Source: an uncultured Candidatus Rokubacteria bacterium
Lineage (GTDB): Bacteria > Methylomirabilota > Methylomirabilia > Rokubacteriales > CSP1-6
Assembly: GCA_963789955.1 (NCBI GenBank)
Contig: CAWBMV010000015.1
Coordinates: 160,001-224,000, forward strand
Reading direction: 5' to 3'
DNA: 64,000 nucleotides
Translations under genes and position numbers: made by a program
Shown: positions 10,544-20,874 of the stretch, one piece after another
Numbering within the stretch: the stretch's first letter is position 1
How the letters are laid out: each line of letters begins with the position of its first letter
Notes under the pieces: generated by a model
Databases searched by the model: none
The model's input: the letters and a program-made list of their open reading frames with translations, nothing else
Told to the model about the DNA's origin: nothing

Positions 10544-11101
10544 CTAGCGGCCGATCGAGCCGCGCTCGAAGAGCGGGATGGTGCCGGGCGCCTGCACGCC
10601 CTCGATCGAGAGCAGTCGAAGCTTCGTCCTGATACCGCCGCGCGCCGAAAAACCCCCGAGCTTGCCATTCGCGGCGACCACGCGATGGCATGGGACGACG
10701 ATCGCGAATCGATTCTGCCCGAGCGCCACGCCGACGTCGCGCGCCGCGCCGGGCTCGCCGAGGCGCGCGGCGATCTCGCCGTACGAGAGCGTCGCGCCCG
10801 GCGGGATCGTGCGCGCGACCTCGTACACGCGGCGGTTGAACGGCGGGACCTCGCGCATGTCGAGCTCGACGAACGAGAGATCGCGCGCCTCGCCGTTCAG
10901 GAGCGCGACGATGGCGTCGACGGCCCGCTGGACCTCGGGCGGCGGCGGCGATTCGGGAGCACCCGGGAAGTCGCGTCCGAGCCGAGCTCGCGCGGCCGCC
11001 TCGCTGCCTTCCGGCAGCTGGACGCCGACGACACCGCGGTCGCCCCACGCGATGCCGCAGGTGCCGATCGGCGTATCGAACAGGAGGAAGCCGCGATCCA
11101 T
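10544..11101 (-). CDS. ogt: Methylated-DNA-protein-cysteine methyltransferase
   Basis: Active-site PCHRV, IPPGATLSYGEIA, KLRLLSIEG. Confidence 0.93.
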   Translation of the reverse strand: MDRGFLLFDTPIGTCGIAWGDRGVVGVQLPEGSEAAARARLGRDFPGAPESPPPPEVQRAVDAIVALLNGEARDLSFVELDMREVPPFNRRVYEVARTIPPGATLSYGEIAARLGEPGAARDVGVALGQNRFAIVVPCHRVVAANGKLGGFSARGGIRTKLRLLSIEGVQAPGTIPLFERGSIGR

Positions 11102-11556
11102 CACGACGGTCGCTGCCGCCACTCGCGGATCTGGGCGGCGTGCTCGCGGTAGTGCCCGGCGCCGGCGCCGTCGAACGGATCCCGCGCGCCGCCGCCCGGC
11201 GCGAAGTGCGCATCTGGCAGCGCCGCGGCCGCGCCGACGAAGCGCCGGTGGCTGAGGTCCAGCTCGATGAGGACGTCGGCCGGCTTCACGCCCGACTTCC
11301 GGTCGACGAACCGCGCGTTCCACGCATCGAAATCATCATACGTCCCGGGCGGGTAGGGCGCCGCTCCGTTCGCGATGTTCGCGAACGCGGGGATCATCGC
11401 ATCGTGCCACCCGGAGATGTGGATGAGGATCTCTCGGACGCCCCAGCTCCCGAGCCATACGCGACGCATCTCCTCGTCGCTCAGCCCCTCGACCGCCTGG
11501 CGAAGCTCGGTGAACGCATCCTCCGCCTGCCGCAGCAAGGTGTCCTTGTCGCTCAT
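11101..11556 (-). CDS. DinB/ClbS/DfsB-like four-helix bundle protein
   Basis: WGVREILIHISGW and HYREH motifs; stop overlaps the ogt start. Confidence 0.75.
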   Translation of the reverse strand: MSDKDTLLRQAEDAFTELRQAVEGLSDEEMRRVWLGSWGVREILIHISGWHDAMIPAFANIANGAAPYPPGTYDDFDAWNARFVDRKSGVKPADVLIELDLSHRRFVGAAAALPDAHFAPGGGARDPFDGAGAGHYREHAAQIREWRQRPS

Positions 11557-11922
11557 CTCGTGCCTCCCGCTTGGATAGTTCCTACGTCCTCTGAAACCCC
11601 GACCGGGCTCGCTTGTGAAACGGCCCCGCGCCTTGGACCGGCCCGGGTGCCCGCGCCGGGGCTGGTCACGGTCGGTCCATCCGTGCCGCCGGATCGGTCA
11701 GAAACGAGCCGACCGAGCCGATCGGGTTCGCGACCCGGATCGAGTAAGTCCGCGCGAAATCAGTCTTCGCCTGGGGTGTCCGGAAATGGTCTGTGTTTTG
11801 CGTCTTTTGGGCGCCGGAACCCCCACAATGGTGCTCATCTTGGTTTCTCTGCGCCCTATCGGTACGCTCCCGGGCCTCCCCGAGTCGACCACTCGGCGCG
11901 GTCGTTGCGGACGATAGCGGCG

Positions 11923-13378
11923 ATGGTGGGACCGCGGGCGTTCGGCACGCGACTGGCGGCGAAGCCGTTCGTCATCTCACTGCTCGTGATCGTCGTGCTG
12001 GCGGTCGTCGGCTATCTGAGCTTTCACGCCGTCGGCAATCTCGTCTCCGTCAACCGCGAGATCGCGACCCGCACCATTCCCGCGGTCCGTCTGGCCGCGT
12101 CCACCCGCGAGGCGATCACGCCACTCGTCAAGCTCGAGCAGCGGGCGGTGGTCATGGGCGATCCCGGCTACGCGACGGCGTGGAACGAGCGGGCGAACCG
12201 CGTCGCCGAGGATCTCGAGCGCCTCGCCCAGTATGCGCAGAGCAAGCGCGAGGGCCAGCAGCTCGCCGCGGCGCGGGCGGCGTTCGAGCGCTATCGCGGC
12301 GTCGTCACCACGGAGCAAGATCTCCTGCGCCGCGGCGCCCGCGCGCGGGCGCTCGCGCTCACGGATACCGAAGCGCGTCACGCACGCCGAGCAGGTCCAG
12401 GAGGATCTCGACGGGTTGATGGCGGCGATCCACACGCGCGTCCTCGCGGCCCAGGCCGACGCCGCGCGCCTCGAAGCCCGGACGTGGACCGGCGTGTTGA
12501 TCTCGCTGGGCGCGGCCGTCGGGCTGGCGCTGCTCGTCGCGCTCGAGAACGCCCGCCTGCACGCCGAAGCGCAGCTCCACATCCGCCAGCTGCTGGACCA
12601 GTCGCGGCAGCTCCTCGAGTCCAAGGTGGCCGCCGAGCAGGCCAGCCGCGCCAAGAGCGAGTTCCTCGCCTCGATGAGCCACGAGCTCCGCACCCCGCTG
12701 AACGCGGTCATCGGCTTCTCGCAGGTGCTCGTGAAGAAGACCTACGGCGAGCTCAACGAGCGCCAGCTCGAATACGTGAGCTCGATCCTCGCCGGCGGCC
12801 GCCATCTCCGGGCGCTGGTCGACGACGTGCTCGACCTGGCCAAGGTCGACAGCGGACACCTGACGCTCGATCTCACGCGCGTATCCATCGCCGAGGACGT
12901 TCCGGAGGTCGTGGGCGTCGTCCAGGCGCTCGCGCAGCAGAAGAACATCACGGTCACCGTGGAAGTGAAGGAGCCGCTGCCGGCCATCACCGCCGACCGG
13001 ATGCGGGTCCAGCAGATGATCTACAACCTGCTGAGCAACGCGATCAAGTTCACCGATGCGGGCGGCCACGTCACCGTGACGGCCGACACGATCTTCCTGG
13101 GCGGCCCCGACGGTCCGTGCTCGCTGCGCATCAGGGTCGCGGACACCGGCATCGGGATCAAGGCCGAGGACCAGGGCCGGATCTTCGACAAGTTCGAGCG
13201 GGGCGACTCCTCGTCAGCGCGCGAGCAGGAAGGAACCGGCCTCGGGCTCGCGCTCACCCGAAAGCTCGTCGAGCTTCACGGCGGCCAGATCAGCGTGGAA
13301 AGCGAAGGCATCAAGGGCCGGGGAAGCCTGTTCACCCTGCTCCTGCCGCTGGCGCCACCCGAGCACGCCGTCAGCTAG
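11923..13378 (+). CDS. Membrane sensor histidine kinase, frameshift near 12380
   Basis: TM, helical periplasmic domain, TM, SHELRTPLN, NLLSNAIKFT, DTGIGI, GTGLGL. Confidence 0.88.
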
Positions 13379-13397
13379 CGGTAGTGCTTCCGCACCG

Positions 13398-15129
13398 TCA
13401 GGCCGGCATCGCCGGCTCGGGCAGCCGCTCGTACATCCGATGCACGTCGCCCCCGTGGAAGCGCGCCACGTGATTGGTGGGCGGCAGCGGCTCCGTGTAG
13501 AAGAACTCCGGGAGCTCGTCGTCCTTCTCGGTGAACCCGGCGCGGCGATTGAACTCGTACTCCATCCGGAGCGCGTCTCGCCCCAGCGGCTCGAAGAAGT
13601 CCTTGGTCAGGCTCGTCCCGTGCGCGGCGTTGATGGCGTTGACGAGGAACTCCGTGTTCGGGTTCGTGACGCTCATGCCGAAGATGCAGAGCCCGAGCGA
13701 GTCGTTGGCCGCCACGCGCGCCTGGTGGGCCAGGCTCTGCTCGACGATCTGCTCGGCGGTCATCTCGCGCGTCTTGAGCCGCGGCAGGTTGCCGGCCGTG
13801 TGGTCGGCGCCCTGCGCGGTAGCCATCATGGTGATGCCGGTGGCCTCGACGACGCGCGGATCGTAGGCGCTGATCGCCTGCTTCTTGATGACGGGCACGC
13901 GGCGCACCTTGTAGTGGGCGCCGACGCGCGCCGTGCCCTGCGCCCACAGCCGCCCCTTCTCGGTGCCGCGGCGCATCTCCGCCATGCAGTCGGCCATGAA
14001 CTTCACGTCGCCGAAGGCGCCAAGCCCGGCCTCCATCAGGACGGCCAGGGTGGCGCCGAGCTCGATCGTGTCGACGCCGAGATCGTTGGCGAGGAAGTTC
14101 ATCTGGGCGAGATCGTCGGGGTCGCTGAGGCCGCAGTTGGTGCCGAGGAGGCCGAGCGTCTCGTACTCGACCGGCGAGACGACTTCTTTTCCGCCGGCAT
14201 CGGCGTACACGTTGCTGCACTGGATCACGCAGCCCGGCATGCAGGCGTGGGTGTGCTCGCCGCCGCGCGAGACGTTGAGCTGGCTGATGTAGTCGCCGCC
14301 CATCTTGAACTTCTCGCCGCTCGCGACGTTCACCTGCTGGCCGGCGCTGAAGTTGCGCACCGGCAGACCGCCGAGCGCGTTTTGCAGATCGGCCATGCCC
14401 ATGGTGCCGATCTTCTGATAGAAGCTCGTGACCATCGAGTCCGCCAGCAGCATCTTGGCGTAGTCCTTGATGGCCGCGTTGACCTTCTTCGAGTCGTGGA
14501 ACGGCGGGATCTTGTCCAGGTCGACGACGACGGCCTTGACCTTCTTGGAGCCCATCACCGCGCCCACGCCGCCGCGCGCCGACAGCCGGGCCGGCCGGCC
14601 GTCCTTGTCGCTGAACGAGATGCCGCGCGAGCAGGCCCTGGTATTCGCCGACGGGCCCGCAGAGCGCGATCGTGACCTTGCTGCCGTACTTCTTGTGCAG
14701 CATCTCCTGGGCCTCGAAGTTGCCCTTGCCCAGGTACGGCGCGGCGTCGTCGAAGTCGATCGTGCCGTCTTTCCGGAAGTGGATGACGACCCAGTCGGGC
14801 GAGGCGCCGTGCAGGGTGAAGCCCGCGACTTTCTGCTGTCCGAGCCCATAGCTGAAGCTGCCCCCGCCGTTGGCTTCCTTGATGCCGCCGGTGAGCGGGC
14901 TCTTGCAGCCGACGCTCGTCCGGTTCGCGTTCGAGAAGCTCGTGCCCGCGAAGGGCCCGGCCGAGAAGATGAGCGGATTCGCCGGCGACAGCGGGTCGAC
15001 GGTCGCCGCGCCGAGCTCGAGCAGGGTCTTGGCGATCCAGTAACGGCCCGCCCTGACGATCTCCTCGCCGTGCAGCTCGCGCTTGGTGATTTTCCGACTC
15101 GTCAGATCGATGTCGTAGTAGATCCGCAT
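13398..15129 (-). CDS. Aldehyde:ferredoxin oxidoreductase family protein (W/Mo-pterin), frameshift near 14630
   Basis: KSPLTGGIKEANGGG, RGGVGAVMGSKKVKA, CMPGCVIQC, EYET, NDLGVDTIE, GADH, DSLGLC. Confidence 0.9.
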
Positions 15130-15175
15130 GGCACGCTCCTGGTGTTCGGCCCGGTTGTGCTGTCCCTGCTGCGCC

Positions 15176-15247
15176 AACGTAAGCCGCTGCTTCCATCGTG
15201 TCAAATTCGGCCGTTTGTTGACAGCGCGCGGAGCTCGGGCCGACACT
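15176..15247. promoter_or_regulatory. Back-to-back sigma70-type promoters for aor and ctaG
   Basis: Minus strand TTGACA(15204-15199)-17 bp-TACGTT; plus strand TTGACA(15218-15223)-18 bp-GACACT (weak -10). Confidence 0.55.
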
Positions 15248-15269
15248 GCCTTCGTGGTGACACCGGCCG

Positions 15270-16037
15270 ATGGTTGAGGCGGCGCTCAAGACGCTCCTGG
15301 CACTCGTGCTCGTGGCGGTCGCGACAGCCTACGCGCGCGGGTGGCGCCGGTTTCACGCCGCCGGGTATGCGCCGCCGTTCTGGCGGCCGGCATCGTACGC
15401 GCTGGGGCTCGCGTTCGTCGCGGGCGCGCTGCTCTCGCCGCTCGACGAGCTCGCGGCCGAGCGATTCTCGGCCCACATGGCTCAGCACCTGCTGCTGACG
15501 ATGATGGCGGCGCCGCTGCTGCTGCTCGGTAATCCGCTGCCTCTCGTCCTGTGGGGACTGCCGCCCGGCGCGCGCCGATGGCTCGCGGCGCCGTTGCGAC
15601 GGACGGCGTGGCCGCGCGGCGCGCTCTCGGCGATGACGTTCTGGCCGACGGCCGGCCTGCTGCACGTCGCGACCATCTGGGCGTGGCACGTGCCGCTGCT
15701 CTACGACGCGGCGGCGGAGCACGAGATCGTGCACGCGATCGAGCACATCACCTTCTTCGGGACCGCGCTCTTGTTCTGGTGGCCGATCATCCGCCCGGCC
15801 CCGCGGCTCGGCCCGCGCCTGCATCCCGGCCTCCAGATCGCGTATCTGGTCGCCGCGACCGCGCAGAGCACGGCGCTCGGGATGCTGCTGGCGGTGCCGG
15901 AGCGCGCGTTCTATCCTCACTATGCGCGGGCCGCGGCGGCCCTCGGGATCAGCGCGGTCGACGATCAGATGGTCGGCGGCGGGCTCATGTGGAGCGGCGC
16001 GCACATGTACTTGCTCCCGATCCTCCTGATCCTGTAG
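15270..16037 (+). CDS. Cytochrome c oxidase assembly factor, Caa3-type CtaG family
   Basis: SPLD..A...FSAHMAQHLLL, WAWHVP, HAIEH, DQMVGGGLMW; multi-TM. Confidence 0.88.
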   Translation: MVEAALKTLLALVLVAVATAYARGWRRFHAAGYAPPFWRPASYALGLAFVAGALLSPLDELAAERFSAHMAQHLLLTMMAAPLLLLGNPLPLVLWGLPPGARRWLAAPLRRTAWPRGALSAMTFWPTAGLLHVATIWAWHVPLLYDAAAEHEIVHAIEHITFFGTALLFWWPIIRPAPRLGPRLHPGLQIAYLVAATAQSTALGMLLAVPERAFYPHYARAAAALGISAVDDQMVGGGLMWSGAHMYLLPILLIL

Positions 16038-16096
16038 GGCATTTCGCGTGACGCCGCGCGCGAGCCCGACGACGCGCCGGCATAGCGGCTTTGCGC

Positions 16097-16237
16097 GCCG
16101 AGGCGCGCTTCTAGTGGCTTTGCGCGCTGCAGGCGGTCGCGGGGCTGGGGCCCCGCCGGCCGAGGCGCGCTTCTAGTGGCTTTGCGCGCTGCAGGCGGTC
16201 GCGGGGCTGGGGCCCCGCCGGCCGAGGCGCGCCTCTA
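16097..16237. repeat. Intergenic 62-bp tandem repeat (~2.3 copies) with GC hairpin, REP-like
   Basis: Units start at 16097, 16159 and 16221; the two full copies are identical; each holds GCGGGGC-TGGG-GCCCCGC. Confidence 0.9.
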
Positions 16238-16248
16238 AGGGAGAGGAC

Positions 16249-17973
16249 ATGGGATTCGATCTCGTGGTTCGTGGCGGGACCATCGTCGATGGCTCGGGAG
16301 GCGCGCGCTATCGCGGCGACGTCGCAATCAAGGACGGCCGGATCGTCGAGATCGGGCGCATTCGATCGACGGCCGAGCGCACGCTCGACGCCGACGGCCT
16401 GATCGTCGCGCCGGGCTTCATCGACGGTCACACCCACATGGACGCCCAGGTGGCGTGGGATCGCATCGGGAGCTGCTCCTGCTGGCACGGCGTGACCACC
16501 GTCATCATGGGCAATTGCGGATTCGCGCTGGCCCCGTGTCCGCCCGCGGAGCGCGAGTGGTTCGCTCGCTGCCTGACCGCGGTCGAGGACATCCCGACCG
16601 AAGCGATGATGGCGGGGATCGACTGGACCTGGGAGACCTTCCCCGAGTATCTGGCGAACGTCGACCGCCTGCCCAAGGCGATCAACTACGGCGCCTACAT
16701 CGGCCACTCGGCCCTGCGGATGTACGTCATGGGCAAGCGCGCCTTGACCGAGCGCGCGACCGAGGACGACCTGACGCGGATGGCCGCGGCGGTGCAGGAG
16801 GCGATCCGCGTCGGCGCGATGGGCTTCTCGAGCTCGCGCGCGACGACCCACGTCACGCCCGACAACACCCCGGTGGCGAGTCGCATCGCTGACTGGACGG
16901 AGCTCGATCGTCTGGTGGGCGCGATGGCCGAGCTGAACACCGGCGTGTTCCAGGTCGGCCCGGACGTTTCGGGAGGCGAGGCGCAGCGCCGATTCTTCGC
17001 GCGACTCAAACAGCTGGCGGTCGACACCGGACGGCCGGTGATGTTCGGCACGATCTCGAGCCGTCAGGGCGACCAGCCGAATCCGTGGACCTATCAGCTC
17101 GAGTACCTCGACGAATGCGCGGCCGCGGGCGCGCGGATGTGGGGGCAGACCACCACGCGCTCGATCAACGCGATCTTCTCGCTCAAGTCCTATCTGCCGT
17201 TCGACGTCTTGCCGGCGTGGCGCCAGCTCCGCCGCCTGCCGCTCGCGGAGCAGAAGCGGCGACTCGCCGACCCGGCGACGCGCCGCCAGTTGATCGCCGA
17301 AGAGGCCGGCATGAAGCCGCGCGACAACGTGTTCCAGGGCGGCGGCGCGGCCACCACCGATCCGCGCAAGCCCGACTACGCGAACCTCTACGCCATGAAG
17401 GGCGTCGACTGGAACGATCCGACCGTCGCCCAGCTCTCGTCCGAGCTTCATCGGCATCCGGTCGAGGTCATGATCGATCTGGTGCTCGAGAACGACAACC
17501 AGGTGTTCGTGCAGCCCCTCGTCAACGAGGACCCGGAGCACGTGCTCGGGATGCTGCAGCATGGGCGAACGCTCGCGACGTTCTCGGACTCGGGCGCGCA
17601 CGTCTGCCAGGAGATGGGCTCGTCGCTCCAGACTCATCTGCTGAGCTACTGGGTGCGCGCGCGGCAGGCGTTCACGCTCGAAGAGGCGGTACGCAAGCTC
17701 ACCTTCGACAACGCGTCGGCGTGGGAGCTCCACGACCGCGGGCTCCTGCGCGCGGGCTACAAGGCGGACGTCGTGGTGTTCGACGAGCACCGCGTGCAGC
17801 CGGCGATGCCGACGGTCGAGACCGATCTGCCCGGCGGCGCCCGCCGCCTCGTCCAGAAGGCGGAGGGGATCGCCGCCACGATCGTCAACGGCCAGCTGAC
17901 CCTGGAGAACGGTGAGACGACCGGCCGCACGCCGGGCGTCCTGCTGCGCGGGCCCGGCGCGCGTCCGGCCTGA
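16249..17973 (+). CDS. N-acyl-D-amino-acid deacylase-like amidohydrolase
   Basis: APGFIDGHTHMD, GVTTVIMGNCG, SDSGAH, DRGLLRAGYKADVVVFD. Confidence 0.9.
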   Translation: MGFDLVVRGGTIVDGSGGARYRGDVAIKDGRIVEIGRIRSTAERTLDADGLIVAPGFIDGHTHMDAQVAWDRIGSCSCWHGVTTVIMGNCGFALAPCPPAEREWFARCLTAVEDIPTEAMMAGIDWTWETFPEYLANVDRLPKAINYGAYIGHSALRMYVMGKRALTERATEDDLTRMAAAVQEAIRVGAMGFSSSRATTHVTPDNTPVASRIADWTELDRLVGAMAELNTGVFQVGPDVSGGEAQRRFFARLKQLAVDTGRPVMFGTISSRQGDQPNPWTYQLEYLDECAAAGARMWGQTTTRSINAIFSLKSYLPFDVLPAWRQLRRLPLAEQKRRLADPATRRQLIAEEAGMKPRDNVFQGGGAATTDPRKPDYANLYAMKGVDWNDPTVAQLSSELHRHPVEVMIDLVLENDNQVFVQPLVNEDPEHVLGMLQHGRTLATFSDSGAHVCQEMGSSLQTHLLSYWVRARQAFTLEEAVRKLTFDNASAWELHDRGLLRAGYKADVVVFDEHRVQPAMPTVETDLPGGARRLVQKAEGIAATIVNGQLTLENGETTGRTPGVLLRGPGARPA

Positions 17974-17998
17974 CCGCCCGTCTCGTCGCCGCCGACCG

Positions 17999-18902
17999 CT
18001 AGAAGATCGCCAGCGGGTGCGCGGGCGCGCCCGTCGAGCCGACCAGCCGGATCGGCGTCGCGGTGAAGAGGAACTCGTACCGCCCTTCCTCGGCGCACGC
18101 GCGGGCCAGCCGCTCCGGGATTCGTGTTGTCCACGAGCACGAGACCGAGGAACGGAATGGCCAGGTGCGTGCTCATCGCGAAGCCCGGATAGGTCGTCGG
18201 GCGCTCGTCCATCATGTCCCACGAGATCGCGGCGATGTCCTTCTCGCGAAACCATTCTAGACACGACAGATGCATTCCCGGGTGCGGCGATACGCGCGGA
18301 ACCCAGTCGGGGTTGGCCTTCCTGAAGGGCTCGTCGCCGTTGCGCACGACCACTACGTCGCCCGGCTCGACCTTGACTCCCGCCCGCGCGGCGACCGCAT
18401 CGAGCTCCTTCGGTGCGACCGGTTGGCCGACGGTGACGTAGCCCTCCTTGCGGCCGGCGGCGACGTCGAGGAGCACGCCGCGGGTCGTCAAGCCGTCAAA
18501 GTAAGCGTCGATCGCGCACCAGGTCGCCCCGGCCGCGGTCAGGCTGTCCTTGAATCCTCGGCCGTTGTAGAGCTCGCCGTCCCACGCCACGTGGCACAGC
18601 GCGTCGATGTGCGTGATCGAGAAGCCGTGATACACGAGGTCGAACCGATCGAGCACCACGTCGGCGCGCTCGCGGCTCGACGGGAACGTCACGTTGTACA
18701 TGATCGCCGGCTGGGGCCCGATGTCTCGCGCGAGCGAGACCGTCCGGCCGGTTCGCACCAGCGCCGCGGCTTGCGCGCGCTTCGCGGCGGTGATCAGATT
18801 CGCGGTGCCGCGCTGGTCGTCGTGGCCCCAGCGGCCCCAGTTGTTCAGTTCCTTGAAGTAGCCCTCGATCCGATCTTGCGTGGGTGGCTTCCAGTCGGCC
18901 AT
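17999..18902 (-). CDS. Cyclase (kynurenine formamidase-like) family protein, frameshift near 18120
   Basis: NNWGRWGHDDQRGTANLIT, HGFSITHIDALCH, TRGVLLDV, C-terminal GSTGAPAHPLAIF. Confidence 0.88.
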
Positions 18903-18931
18903 CGCCGTGTCCTTTCGATGAAAATTCAGCG

Positions 18932-19751
18932 CTAGTAGTACACCGAGCGGCCGGCTCCGCCGGTCGCCACGACCAGCTCGCCGGTGACGGCCCATGCTTT
19001 GTCCGACGCGAGAAAGACCGTGAGATAGGCGATCTCGGACGCGTCCACCATGCGACAGATCGAGTTGCCCCGCGGCGACTCGTAGGCGAAATCGCGCTTC
19101 TCGACCTCGTCGGCCGGGATGCGGAGCTCGGCGGCGCGGGCCGCCAGGAGTCTCGGCGTGCGTTCCGTGCGCGTCGTGCCGGGGTGAACGCAGTTGACCG
19201 TGATGCCGTAGCGCCCGAGCTGCACGGCCAGGGTCTTGGTCAGGTGCACGAGCGAGCCGTTGCGCGCGCCGCCGCTCAGGTTGCCCGCGTTCCGGGCGTT
19301 GGTGCCGCTGATGTTGATGATCCGTCCCCACCCGTTCTGCTTCAGGTAGGGGATCGCGGCACGCGCGCAGCGCAGGGCGCCCACGTACTTCACGTTGAAG
19401 TCGTGCAGCAGATCCTCGTCGACGACGCTCTCGATCGGTCCCGTCGCCGTCGCGGAGCCGCCGGGCGCCGAGCCGCTGTTGACCAGGATGTGCAGGCCGC
19501 CGAGCCGCTCGGCCGCCTGGGCGACCGCGCGATCGACCTGCTCCTTGCTGGTGACGTCGGCCACGAGCGGGATGACGACGCCGGCCGGTCTGTCCTTCCA
19601 GCTCGCGCGCGGCGGCCTCGAGCCGGTCCTTCGTGCGCGCGACGATCGCGACGTCGACGCCCTCGCGGGCGAGCTCGAGCGCGATCGCCTTGCCGATGCC
19701 GAGACTGCCGCCGGTCACGAGCGCGCGCTTGCCTTGCAGTCCCAGATCCAT
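18932..19751 (-). CDS. Short-chain dehydrogenase/reductase, frameshift near 19580
   Basis: TGGSLGIG, ILVNSG, WGRIINISG, VNCVHPG. Confidence 0.9.
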
Positions 19752-19790
19752 CGCGTCACCTCTCTCCCCGTTCGGGGTGCGTTCAATAGA

Positions 19791-20762
19791 TCACGGCAAC
19801 AGGATCAGCTTGCCCGTCGATTCGCGCGACTCGAGATAGCGATGCGCCTCGGCCGCCTGCGCCAGCGGGAACGTTCTGGAGATGTAGACCTTGAGCCGGC
19901 CCTCTCGCATGAGTGCGAAGCACCGCTCGGCGCTCTCGCGGGTCTTGTCGGGAAAGCCTCGCGTCAAGGTCGGCAGCGAGAACGCGCTTACCTTCTGCGA
20001 TTTCGGAGAGAGGGCCGAGAGATTGAGCGGATCGGGCGCGCCGCCCGCGCGCCCGTAGAGCGCGATGTGTCCGAACGGCGCCAGACAGCGCAGGCCCTCC
20101 TCGAACGTCGGCTTGCCGACCGCGTCGAGGATCAGATCGACCCCGCGGTCTGCGGTCAGCCGCAGCACCTCGTCGGCGAACTTGTCCTTCACGTAGTTGA
20201 TGACGACATCGGCGCCGGCCTCCTTCGCGAGCGCCGCCTTGCTGTCGCTCGAGACGGTGCCGAACACGCGGGCGCCCGCCGCCTTCGCGAGCTGGACCGC
20301 CGCGAGTCCGACCCCGCCGGCGGCCGCGTGAACGAGCACGGTTCGGCCCGGACGGATCGTGTCGACGGTGTAGAGCAGGTGATAGGCCGTCAGCGCCTGG
20401 ATCAGGAACGCCGCGCCGTCGACGAAGCTGACGGAGTCGGGGAGCGGGATCGCCATGAACGCCGGCGACGCGCAGTACTCGGCGTACGCCCGGCTGGTGA
20501 AGGCCGCCACGCGCATGCCGGGCCGAAGATTCGTCACGCCTTCGCCGACCGCCTCGATCACGCCCGCCGCCTCCATGCCGGGGATATCGGGGAGCTTCGG
20601 CTTGACGGTGTACGTGCCCTGCCGGAAGCGCGTGTCGGCGAAGTTCACGCCGATCGCGTGGTTCTTGATCACCACGCCGCCCGGACGGACCTCCGGCTTG
20701 GGAACATCGGCCTGGGCCAGCACTTCGGGACCACCGGTTTGCGCGAAGACGATCGCTTTCAT
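19791..20762 (-). CDS. NADPH:quinone oxidoreductase (MDR family)
   Basis: IGVNFAD, PGMEAAG, VHAAAGGVG, TGKLILLP. Confidence 0.92.
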   Translation of the reverse strand: MKAIVFAQTGGPEVLAQADVPKPEVRPGGVVIKNHAIGVNFADTRFRQGTYTVKPKLPDIPGMEAAGVIEAVGEGVTNLRPGMRVAAFTSRAYAEYCASPAFMAIPLPDSVSFVDGAAFLIQALTAYHLLYTVDTIRPGRTVLVHAAAGGVGLAAVQLAKAAGARVFGTVSSDSKAALAKEAGADVVINYVKDKFADEVLRLTADRGVDLILDAVGKPTFEEGLRCLAPFGHIALYGRAGGAPDPLNLSALSPKSQKVSAFSLPTLTRGFPDKTRESAERCFALMREGRLKVYISRTFPLAQAAEAHRYLESRESTGKLILLP

Positions 20763-20874
20763 CTCTGCCTCCTTGGCGCGAGGCACACACTATCGCAGAA
20801 CGGAGGGGTCCTGAGACGGCGCAATTGGGCGCCCCGACATTTCCTGTGGTATTTCTTCAAGTTGCGGGACCTCG

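Noticed and set aside
11557..11922. Riboswitch or ncRNA in the 365-bp divergent intergenic region
   Set aside because: Only short GC hairpins; I could not match any riboswitch consensus. An Rfam scan would be needed.
16097..16237. Possible mini-CRISPR array
   Set aside because: Units are contiguous and identical with no unique spacers, and there are no cas genes in the window.
17757..19751. 664-aa apparent SDR-cyclase fusion
   Set aside because: Produced by frameshifts; the SDR ends at 18932 and the cyclase has its own RBS and ATG at 18902.
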